DNA of 64,000 bases from Hormoscilla sp. (GTDB lineage Bacteria > Cyanobacteriota > Cyanobacteriia > Cyanobacteriales > Desertifilaceae): positions 1 to 64,000 of the forward strand of contig JBFRWI010000174.1 in assembly GCA_051439505.1 (NCBI GenBank). The letters are read 5' to 3'. The notes under the pieces were generated by a model. The model searched no databases. It was given only the letters and a program-made list of their open reading frames with translations, and was not told the DNA's origin. Made by a program: the position numbers and the translations under genes. Positions 1 to 8,392 of this stretch are shown piece by piece. Numbering within the stretch: position 1 is the first letter of the stretch; each line of letters starts with the position of its first letter.

Positions 1-132
1 GTAAAGCGATCGCCTCTTTGATATAGGGCGGTTTTTTCAGTAGATGCTAGAAACTGGGTTTCTTCCCCAGCTTTGACTCGAAACCCGGTTTCTCAACTGA
101 CTCTCTAGGACGGTGCAAACCGCAGAAGTAAA

Positions 133-236
133 TAAGCTGTAGTGCATTTAAATTGCATAGGCAGATCGGCTGAGATCCTTGTTCTCAGGGACTTTCCCCA
201 TATAGAATTGCTGAATTTTGAATTTTGAATTGCTTA
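133..236. mobile_element. ~100-bp MITE-like element (TAAGC...GCTTA ends); related copies at 29949-30044 and 43531-43633
   Basis: The three copies share TAAGCAATTCAAAATT at one end and ATGCAATTT(A/C)AATG...ACAGCTTA at the other; this copy is inverted. Confidence 0.7.
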
Positions 237-466
237 ATGCTCTCCCCGAGTTGCGACTAAGTGCCTAGAAACCTACACATCTCTCATATTTGAGGTTAAA
301 TTAAGTACATTAGGTGCTAATCAATGTAATCCAAATATTATTACTTACCGTATTTTTACGCTTGACGATCGGAGTTATGTGGAGTGTATAGTTATAAATA
401 CGAAGTTAATAAAGCTAATGTAATGCAGCAAAAACCGAGCATTTACTGCTCAATAATAAATAAAGC

Positions 467-2299
467 ATGAATATACCCCAGCCCTGGAGGCGTTCCATGC
501 ATGGGAGGACATCGGTGAGTCCCTTAGAAGGTAGTAAAGAGAAGAGAAAATCACCTCGTACAGGACCCGAGGGCTGCGCCGTTTTATCAAAAGAGAAATC
601 CTCTGCCTTTGCAGGTTTAGAGTTGCCAACTACAACGGTTTTATGCGGCGGGTCTCAAGTTATTCCCAAGGTGACAATCTTGAGCAACAACTTGAAGACT
701 TGCGCTCACAATACCCAGAAGCGGAATTCATTTGAGAGATTGAAGTCCGGCTTAATTTTAGATGACGGAAATTTAAATCCATTCTGGAATGAATTGTCAA
801 GCAGGATATCCAGCGGCTTGTCGTTGCCCACCGCGTCAGAGGATGTCGTAAGGGATGGGAACTGGTTGAGTGGTATTGCTTATATAATGCGGTCCAACTC
901 GTGGTTCTCAACGAGCAACAACTTAGTCCAAAACAAGAGCTTGTTCAGGATATGTTGTCCATCATCCACCGTTTCAGTTATCGGTTCTACAGTTGGCGAA
1001 AGTACCGAAAAGAAATCAGCGAAAAAGTATGGGAAGAATCCATTCAAGAGAAGCCATAATGTCCCACCAAACAGTCTCCTGAAAATTCCTCTATTCCCCG
1101 AACCGGAACTGCATGTCATTTGGAAAAAATGGCTTGCAGCTTACCGTTGGGTTTACAATCAGTGTGTTGAATTTTACAACAACAATCGATCTTTATCCGA
1201 GGGACAGTCGTTAGACCAGTACATACAACAGTTACAAACGAACCCAAAAAACTCGTGGACAAAGTGCTTAGGGAATACCAGACAAGAAGCTGTTTGTGAG
1301 GCCCAAAATGCTAGTCGTCAATCTCGCAAAGCTAATGGGGGCAAGTGTTTTATGCGATTTCGCTCTTGCAGAAATAAGTCCCAAGCTATTCAGTTTAAGA
1401 ATACGGCTTATCGAAACGGAACGTGGTTCCGCTCGAAGATTCACAACCTACAGTTTACAGTTGCGAAAGGTTATGAATTGCCTATGAACTGTGTATACGG
1501 GACTGAGTTACTCTATCAACGGGGACAGTGGTTTGCTTGTTTTCCTCAATACGTTCGGGAGGTGACTACAGGCTCCGATCGGGTAATTGCTCTCGACCCG
1601 GGTAATCGCACTTTTATGACTGGCTACGATGGAGAAAATATCTTAGAGATTGGCAAGGGAGACATCGGGCGGCTAACCAGGTTGTGCTTGCACCTTGACA
1701 AAATCATCGGGACAAAAAAGAAAGCCACAGGCAAAGTACACAAGCGTTTGCGGTACAAGCTGAATAAAGCGATCGAGCGGTTGCGGTTTAAGATTAGATC
1801 GCTAGTGGATGACCTGCACCGGAAAGCCACGAATCTACTGGTCAATAGCTATAAGTTGATATTTCTACCTACTTACGAGACTTCACAAATGGTGGTCAAA
1901 GCCAACCGCAAGATTAATCGGAAGTCTGTCAGGAACATGCTGACTTGGGCTATGGGACGATTCGCTTCTCATCTGGAGCAGGCAGCAAAGCGGAAAGGAG
2001 TGCTGGTCGTCCGCTGTAACGAGGCGTACACTAGCAAAACTTGCCCCAAATGTGGCCACGTTCACAAAAAACTTGGGGGATCGAAAGTCCACAAATGCCC
2101 GGCTTGCGGTCATAAAGCACCGCGAGATTGGGTGGGCGCTCTCAATATCATGTTGAGAGCATTGCAGGCTGTTGCCTTCGATGTTAGAGATGGCGTTATC
2201 ACCATTTCTGACGCCGATGTTATACTTGCGCAGAGCAATATGAGCTTTGTGAGGGTTGAAAACAGCACTATAGGCGGTGTAGTCGGGGTTTTGGAGTGA
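467..2299 (+). CDS. tnpB: IS607-family TnpB, pro-Fanzor-like RNA-guided endonuclease with long N-terminal extension
   Basis: RuvC-I IALDPG; canonical RuvC-II Glu position reads IFLPTYE; alternative Glu in NEAYTSKTC; Zn finger CPKC...CPAC; RuvC-III PRD. The true start is uncertain. Confidence 0.85.
   Translation: MNIPQPWRRSMHGRTSVSPLEGSKEKRKSPRTGPEGCAVLSKEKSSAFAGLELPTTTVLCGGSQVIPKVTILSNNLKTCAHNTQKRNSFERLKSGLILDDGNLNPFWNELSSRISSGLSLPTASEDVVRDGNWLSGIAYIMRSNSWFSTSNNLVQNKSLFRICCPSSTVSVIGSTVGESTEKKSAKKYGKNPFKRSHNVPPNSLLKIPLFPEPELHVIWKKWLAAYRWVYNQCVEFYNNNRSLSEGQSLDQYIQQLQTNPKNSWTKCLGNTRQEAVCEAQNASRQSRKANGGKCFMRFRSCRNKSQAIQFKNTAYRNGTWFRSKIHNLQFTVAKGYELPMNCVYGTELLYQRGQWFACFPQYVREVTTGSDRVIALDPGNRTFMTGYDGENILEIGKGDIGRLTRLCLHLDKIIGTKKKATGKVHKRLRYKLNKAIERLRFKIRSLVDDLHRKATNLLVNSYKLIFLPTYETSQMVVKANRKINRKSVRNMLTWAMGRFASHLEQAAKRKGVLVVRCNEAYTSKTCPKCGHVHKKLGGSKVHKCPACGHKAPRDWVGALNIMLRALQAVAFDVRDGVITISDADVILAQSNMSFVRVENSTIGGVVGVLE
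469..1059 (+). pseudogene. tnpA: Decayed IS607 TnpA serine recombinase in an overlapping frame
   Basis: The +2 frame reads SLRR**REEKITSYRT (MerR-HTH-like), RVSSYSQ..LRSQYPEAEFI*EI..LNFR*RKF..LVVAHR..LSPKQELVQDMLSIIHRFS; it contains five in-frame stops. Confidence 0.8.
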
Positions 2300-2331
2300 C
2301 TAGAAAAAGGAAGTATTGTGGAGTATTGTTG

Positions 2332-5300
2332 ATGAAACCTTTAGAAGAAGCGACCTGGTATCAAGCGCTCACCTTGACTGAACGGATCCCATCTCTAGGT
2401 ACGAACCGGTTTGATGAGAAACTGGCAGAAAGTCGCCGGCAGCGTTGGCGATCGCAGACTCCTTTTGCCACGGACTCTTACTATCACCAACGGTTGGCAA
2501 TGGATGGGATGGCCGACCCTGAGTCCTTTGACTGTATTTTAGGGGAACCGACCGAGGCGCTGAAGGAGCGATCGCCGGTTCCTCCTACCTGGTTGAAAGA
2601 ACTGGAGAAGGCATTTGCTCGTACCGAACCGCCGGAGATCGAAGTTGTACCTCCTGCAAAATTACCACCGGGGAAAGAGTCGAGGGGCTTTCTATATGCC
2701 ATAGAACCCCTCCTTAGTCAAGGAATTGACCGCCTGAAAAAAGAAGTTAAAGCACTGCGATCGGGAACGGAAGCAACTGGGAAAATTCCCTTTGACCCCC
2801 TGACGGTAGTCCAGGAGGTTTGCTATCGGGAATTGCCCCAGCAATTGCTGCGGATGTTGAGTCAGACAATGGCGTTAGAACTAAACGTGGCCCGTTTGCA
2901 AGGACTGCTATCAGGAGACAGTCCTAGAGAGCGATTTTTGAACTTTTTAGAACGGGTGTACCGGCGAGAGGCAATGCTTTCCATCTTGGAAGAGTACCCA
3001 GTTTTGGCAAGAGAATTAGTAGTTGCCATCGATCGCTGGGTTAATTTTAGTCGAGAATTGCTTCAACACCTTTGTGCTGACTGGGATGAGATCTGCACTA
3101 CCTTTAGTCCCGAAGGGGATCCGGGCAGGTTAGTAGAGATCGAAAAGGCGGGTGACAGCCATCGTGGCGGACGTTATGTAGTTATTGCTAAATTTAGTTC
3201 CGGTTTGCAACTGGTTTATAAGCCCAAAGCCCTAGCCATAGATGTCCATTTTCAGGAACTCCTCACTTGGCTAAATCTGCAAGACGTTATCCCCCCCTTA
3301 AAAACTCTGAAAGTTATCGATCGCGGGACTTATGGATGGTGCGAATTTGTCAGGGCCGGCAGTTGCAATTCAAAAGCAGAGGTGGAGGGTTTTTATCAGC
3401 GGATAGGGGGATACCTGGCTCTCCTTTACGCCCTAGAGGCGACGGATTTTCACTCGGAAAACTTGATTGCAGCCGGAGATCAACCGGTTCTGATTGACTT
3501 GGAAGCTCTTTTCCATCCGCGCCGCGCCACAACTGAGAAAAAAGCATCGGTGTTTCTGGCAAGAAAGCAGATGGCAGATTCGGTGTTGCGGGTGGGATTG
3601 CTGCCCCGGCGAACCTGGGCAAATGCCGAGTCTGAAGGCATTGATAAAAGTGGCATCGGTGCCAAACCAGGTCAAATGAGTTCCAGACCTATCCGTGCTT
3701 GGGAGGGAGTGGCTACAGATGAAATGCACGTGGTTCGCCAGAGAGCGCAACTGCTAGAGGATCGAAATCGACCGCAGTTGCAGGAAGCTGATGTAAATGT
3801 CCTAGATTATGCAGAAGAAATTGTCAGTGGATTTGCAGCAGTTTATCAATGTTTGGCGGAACGCCGCTCTGAGTTCCAGGAATTTTTAACTCGCTTCGCA
3901 GGGGATGAGGTGCGGGTGGTTTTGCGTCCGACGCGAACTTATTCTTTATTACTGCAAGAGAGTTTCCACCCCGATGTCCTGCAAAATGCCCTCGACCGCG
4001 ATCTGCTCTTCGATCGGCTCTGGATTGAAGTCCAGTACGATGAGTATCTGGCGAGGTTTATCCCTAGGGAAAGATTATCTTTATGGCAGGGAGACATCCC
4101 CATGTTTACCACTCGTCCTAATTCCCGCGATATCCTGGGTAGCGATAACCAGCTATTTACCGATGGGTTCGATCGCTCTGGGATGGAACTGGTGCAAAGT
4201 CGCCTGTCCCAGTTAGATGCACGGGATTTAGCGCGACAAATTTGGTTTATCCGGGCTTCCCTCTCCACCGTAGCAATGGCAGAAGAACCGGCCCGATGGA
4301 AAGGATACGATTTGTTTGCACCCCAGAGAAGCTGCGATCGATCCCAACTTATAGCCGCTGCTAGTGCGATCGGAGACCAGTTAGAGTTGTTGGCTCTCCG
4401 CAGTGAAGAAGAGGCGACTTGGATGGGTTTAACCCTCGCAGGAGGTTACCATGGGACTCTGGCTCCTTTAACTTGGACTCTCTACGATGGCTTGCCGGGA
4501 ATGGCTCTTTTTCTTGCTTATCTGGGGGCGATCGCCGGAGAAGAACGCTACACCAAACTGGCGCGATCGGCAATGTCCGCCCTAGAACCTCAGATAAAAG
4601 AGGGGGAAGCCTTAATTCCGACAATTGGCGGCTTTAGTGGGTGGGGAGGGGTGATTTATACTCTGACGCATTTGAGTATATTGTGGTCCCAACCCGAATT
4701 GTTAGCTCAGGCGGTGCAGTTGGTTGAGAACGTCAACAGATTGATTGCCAAAGATGCATGTTTTGATATCATTGCCGGGGCGGCTGGATGTATTGCTAGT
4801 TTGCTTGCTCTATATCGTTGCGCCCCTGACGAGAAGGTGCTGGCAACTGCCATGGCATGTGGCGACCATTTGCTGAGCCAAGGGAAACCCCAGAATGAGG
4901 GGATTTGTTGGGTTCGCAATGATGGAAATTTTCCGACGACGGGATTCGCTCATGGTGGGGCTGGCATCGCTTGGGCATTGCTAGAATTAGCTGCCGTCAC
5001 TAACTGCGATCGCTTTCGTGAAGGGGCTAGCGCTGCTATTGCTTACGAACGGAGTCAGTTGGCAGGAGGGGAGAATTTGACCTATCCTCCCATCTGGTGT
5101 AATGGGATTTCAGGGATAGGGTTAGGTCGTTTGCATTCTCTTAAATACATGGATGATGCCCAAACCCGTAGGGAGATAAATACCGCAGTTAATGCTACTC
5201 TAGAACGGGGATTCGGTCTGAACCACTGCCTCTGTCACGGCGATCTGGGTAACCTGGAACTGCTAAGATCCGCCGGGGAAATTATTCCGTTCACCGAAAA

Positions 5301-5499
5301 TCAGATCGATCGCCTGACTGCTACAATCGTCGAAAGCATGAATAAGCATGGCTGGCTTTGCGGAACACTCTTGGGAGTAGAGACACCGGGGCTAATGATA
5401 GGACTGGCAGGTATCGGCTACGGACTGTTGCGACTGGCGAGTCCCGATCGGGTGCCATCGGTGCTGCTGCTAGCTCCGCCAAAGTGTGGCCAAAAGTAG
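2332..5499 (+). CDS. lanM: Class II lanthipeptide synthetase LanM
   Basis: Dehydratase motifs LVYKPK and TDFHSENLI..IDLE; LanC cyclase motifs GFAHG, WCNG, CHG. ATG 2332 is preferred over GTG 2296. Confidence 0.93.
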   Translation: MKPLEEATWYQALTLTERIPSLGTNRFDEKLAESRRQRWRSQTPFATDSYYHQRLAMDGMADPESFDCILGEPTEALKERSPVPPTWLKELEKAFARTEPPEIEVVPPAKLPPGKESRGFLYAIEPLLSQGIDRLKKEVKALRSGTEATGKIPFDPLTVVQEVCYRELPQQLLRMLSQTMALELNVARLQGLLSGDSPRERFLNFLERVYRREAMLSILEEYPVLARELVVAIDRWVNFSRELLQHLCADWDEICTTFSPEGDPGRLVEIEKAGDSHRGGRYVVIAKFSSGLQLVYKPKALAIDVHFQELLTWLNLQDVIPPLKTLKVIDRGTYGWCEFVRAGSCNSKAEVEGFYQRIGGYLALLYALEATDFHSENLIAAGDQPVLIDLEALFHPRRATTEKKASVFLARKQMADSVLRVGLLPRRTWANAESEGIDKSGIGAKPGQMSSRPIRAWEGVATDEMHVVRQRAQLLEDRNRPQLQEADVNVLDYAEEIVSGFAAVYQCLAERRSEFQEFLTRFAGDEVRVVLRPTRTYSLLLQESFHPDVLQNALDRDLLFDRLWIEVQYDEYLARFIPRERLSLWQGDIPMFTTRPNSRDILGSDNQLFTDGFDRSGMELVQSRLSQLDARDLARQIWFIRASLSTVAMAEEPARWKGYDLFAPQRSCDRSQLIAAASAIGDQLELLALRSEEEATWMGLTLAGGYHGTLAPLTWTLYDGLPGMALFLAYLGAIAGEERYTKLARSAMSALEPQIKEGEALIPTIGGFSGWGGVIYTLTHLSILWSQPELLAQAVQLVENVNRLIAKDACFDIIAGAAGCIASLLALYRCAPDEKVLATAMACGDHLLSQGKPQNEGICWVRNDGNFPTTGFAHGGAGIAWALLELAAVTNCDRFREGASAAIAYERSQLAGGENLTYPPIWCNGISGIGLGRLHSLKYMDDAQTRREINTAVNATLERGFGLNHCLCHGDLGNLELLRSAGEIIPFTENQIDRLTATIVESMNKHGWLCGTLLGVETPGLMIGLAGIGYGLLRLASPDRVPSVLLLAPPKCGQK

Positions 5500-5519
5500 T
5501 TGCAGCGGGGGATCTCCCC

Positions 5520-5773
5520 CAATACTTCTCGGTTAACAACCTGTCATTGCGAGGGGGAAACCTAAACCGATAATTTAGGGCTCGCCGTCGAGATCCCCCG
5601 AAGCAATCTCACCGACGGCGCCGAAGCGCTTTTCCTCTCATAGGTCGCGGGGGGATTGCTTCGGGGGGGGATTGCTTCGTGCCTCGCAACGCTGCGCGAC
5701 TCAAGAAAGCATAAGTTAATCGCTACGTACCCCCCTCGCAATGACAACCTATATGCTTAACCGAGAGGTATTG
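5520..5773. mobile_element. MITE with 17-bp terminal inverted repeats enclosing a GTCATTGCGAG...CTCGCAATGAC palindrome
   Basis: CAATACTTCTCGGTTAA (5520) and TTAACCGAGAGGTATTG (5757-5773); inner inverted repeat at about 5542 and 5731. Confidence 0.7.
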
Positions 5774-5812
5774 TGACCACACCCGGTGTTAGCCTATGAT
5801 TTGCGTATTTTC

Positions 5813-7105
5813 TCAGAAAAGCTCTAGCTGAATTTGTTTAGCTGCACGAGAGCTAAAATACGCTGGCTCGTATTTTCTTGTTTCCTGCCACGTAGCATAA
5901 ACACAATACTCGAACAGTTCTTTCTTGCTGTTTCGTTTTCTGACTATCTTGCTTCCAATGTTGGTAAATCCTAAAGATCTAAGGGAATCTTCAAGCAACT
6001 GTTCGGTGTGGACTTGTACGCCATAAAAGCTAGAATTACCTACGATGTAAGAAAGAACCGCGCCCTTTTTCAAACGCGGACGCAAGTTCTGAAGATGCAA
6101 ATGCATGTCATGAAAATACTTCCAAACATAGTTCCCCATCAGTAAGGCATTTTTTTCTTTCGTTTGAAGTATGTCAGAAACAACTGCTTTCAATGATTCC
6201 GGTAGTTCAATAGCATTTGATTCCCAATACTGCAATCTGCTAGTGGCAATACCCCATGTTCCACCTATTGCTTTCCAATCAAGTTCACCCGCTTCACGGG
6301 CGGTATCAAGAAACTTAGTCCAATACATGTATGGCCTCAGTTCGCGAATGTAACTTATTCTGTTCGGGTAAGGAGGAGACGTGATAACATGGGAATATTG
6401 AAAATCGCCAATTGAAGTAGGTTCCCTTGAATCTACAAAATGAACGGACGAATTACCAGATATATTCTCACCAGCACTTTGAATAATTGCTTCTAATATC
6501 TCCAGGTACAAATATTCTATCTGTTCAATTTCAAACGCGGTTACTTCATTATGAAATGACATTGAAACATGATTAAAAGCAGCAGATGAGGTTTCAATGA
6601 TTAGCCGACAGAATGAAATCCAAGCAAGAGATGAAACATGGTTGTCCCTTGGTTCTCCAAACTGATTCACCAATGCTTGACGAAGTGCGCCAAGAACTTT
6701 AAGCGTCTGTCCGCACCACCATCTTTTAATGTTGTGAATGTTTGGCAACCAGTTATCTTCATCCACAAGTTCTTGCCATTTAATAATAACTTTGTAAATG
6801 GATATTTTTAATTCCTTAATTTCGGAATAAGAGTAGTTTATACATTTAGAATTCCCGAGCCATATTAAAAACGGGTTGATATCAAAGCAGTGTGCAGAAA
6901 TGCCATGTTCGGCAGCGACAAGTCCAGTTGTTGCTGTTCCTGAAAACGGGTCAAGTATAAAAGAATCTTCAGGAAGATTCTCAATTATCTCTTCAACCAG
7001 TTTGACCGAATATGCGGGAGTCAGCCGCAACCATCCATGTCTCCCAAGTTTCTTGTTGTACTTGAACGTGTAGTCCGAACGTTGCTTAATCTTCATATCC
7101 ATCAT
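5813..7105 (-). CDS. Amino-DNA methyltransferase, probably m4C alpha class, of a type II R-M system
   Basis: Motif I DPFSGTATT precedes motif IV TSPPY; 4-bp overlap with the upstream gene. Confidence 0.85.
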   Translation of the reverse strand: MMDMKIKQRSDYTFKYNKKLGRHGWLRLTPAYSVKLVEEIIENLPEDSFILDPFSGTATTGLVAAEHGISAHCFDINPFLIWLGNSKCINYSYSEIKELKISIYKVIIKWQELVDEDNWLPNIHNIKRWWCGQTLKVLGALRQALVNQFGEPRDNHVSSLAWISFCRLIIETSSAAFNHVSMSFHNEVTAFEIEQIEYLYLEILEAIIQSAGENISGNSSVHFVDSREPTSIGDFQYSHVITSPPYPNRISYIRELRPYMYWTKFLDTAREAGELDWKAIGGTWGIATSRLQYWESNAIELPESLKAVVSDILQTKEKNALLMGNYVWKYFHDMHLHLQNLRPRLKKGAVLSYIVGNSSFYGVQVHTEQLLEDSLRSLGFTNIGSKIVRKRNSKKELFEYCVYATWQETRKYEPAYFSSRAAKQIQLELF

Positions 7106-7911
7106 TCAGCACTCAGCAGGGTTTCAAGGACATCGTGGATTTCTTCTTTTATCTCTGTACTGTGTTGCTGGAAGAAAGCAGCCAAGTTATAACCGAGAAT
7201 TTGTTCGCAAAATGCGTACAATGATGTTTTGTTGTTGCCGTTTGTTGTACCGATAAGAATACCGCAACGGTTGTTTCTGTATCTCAGAACAAGATCGGAA
7301 TCAATCTGTGACGAAAAAATAGCAAACACGGGCAGATAGTTATTTGCCCATGCTACGGTAGCATTATCAATATCTGCATTTTGACGTTTGGAATCCTTGC
7401 TTTTATAGCCTTGGCGGACTTCAAAAACAATTCCGTTTGATGGTTCCGACACTTCCGCCAAGTCTTCACAGTAGTCTGTTATCCAATGTTTGACATTATT
7501 AAGTACAGTTTGATTCTTTATTTCACCAAGTTCTAATCTACCATCAAGAGACAGTTTTTTTGCTTTTCCTGACTGTGTATGTGCCGTGTATGACCACGTT
7601 GCTAACTCGGGGTCTGTGTATCCAGTGGTATCGACCAGCACTGCACGAAATAAACGTTCGCAACCGATACCAATTTGACGATATACAGATGTCATTCCAC
7701 CCGCTGCACGGTGGGCGGAATACATAAGGTCAGTATCCAGACCTAACCAAGCATAGAATGGATCTGAACCATATAGGTGCTTAAATTGGTTTAGGGAAAG
7801 ACCGTCGTCATTTTTGCCTTGCCCAAATTTAGGTCGGTAGTCCTTGCACTTCCCGATCGGTTCCAGAAAGGTTTCAATGTATTTTTTTTCTTTCGTTTCC
7901 ATTTTTTTCAA
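7102..7911 (-). CDS. Putative type II restriction endonuclease
   Basis: Coupled to the methyltransferase; PD-(D/E)xK-like LDG...FEVR; AT-rich. Confidence 0.65.
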   Translation of the reverse strand: MKKMETKEKKYIETFLEPIGKCKDYRPKFGQGKNDDGLSLNQFKHLYGSDPFYAWLGLDTDLMYSAHRAAGGMTSVYRQIGIGCERLFRAVLVDTTGYTDPELATWSYTAHTQSGKAKKLSLDGRLELGEIKNQTVLNNVKHWITDYCEDLAEVSEPSNGIVFEVRQGYKSKDSKRQNADIDNATVAWANNYLPVFAIFSSQIDSDLVLRYRNNRCGILIGTTNGNNKTSLYAFCEQILGYNLAAFFQQHSTEIKEEIHDVLETLLSAE

Positions 7912-7931
7912 CTTTAGTTACGTGTTTGTCG

Positions 7932-8008
7932 GGCTAACTATGAATTCAATGTCAGATTTGCGCTTATCGGCTCCACTCCGATCTTATCCGTCAGTTTTGC
8001 GCTTATCG
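7932..8008 (-). other. attI-like integron recombination site preceding the R-M cassette
   Basis: On the minus strand, two GATAAGCGCAAA(A/T)CTGAC direct repeats are followed by AATTCATA-GTTAGCC. The exact inverse core GGCTAAC lies after the MTase stop (5788-5794). Confidence 0.55.
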
Positions 8009-8392
8009 CCCCCTTATTGGGGTAGCGTTCCATGGTGCGATCGCCTAATATAATCCGACTGACCACAACTTTTACTACTTTACAGGCTACATTTCAATAA
8101 CCTCAACAGTAATTATACTTAATTGCAATCTTTAACCGATAAAATTTTATTTTGCTGTCAAGCAACCGATCGCCGAATCCAATCAGACTGGCTACAACCC
8201 AGTGTAGAAGGAGGAAAACTGTGGCGATCTATGACCACAGACCGGAAAATTATCAAAAGTTTCTTATCTGCACTTGACAGAAAACAGAAAAATGCGTTAA
8301 AATAAACGTGACTGGGATCTGAGCAGATGCCAGTCAAACGAGAGAAAAAAGCCAGATCGCAATTTCAAATTTACAATTACCAATCGCCAAAG

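Noticed and set aside
362..402. Sigma70 promoter or NtcA box upstream of tnpB
   Set aside because: The TTGACG-TATAGT spacer is 19 bp and the GTA..TAC spacing is N10, not N8.
8123..8305. Candidate lanthipeptide precursor (contains GG and CC)
   Set aside because: TTG start, no recognisable leader, and no Cys after the GG.
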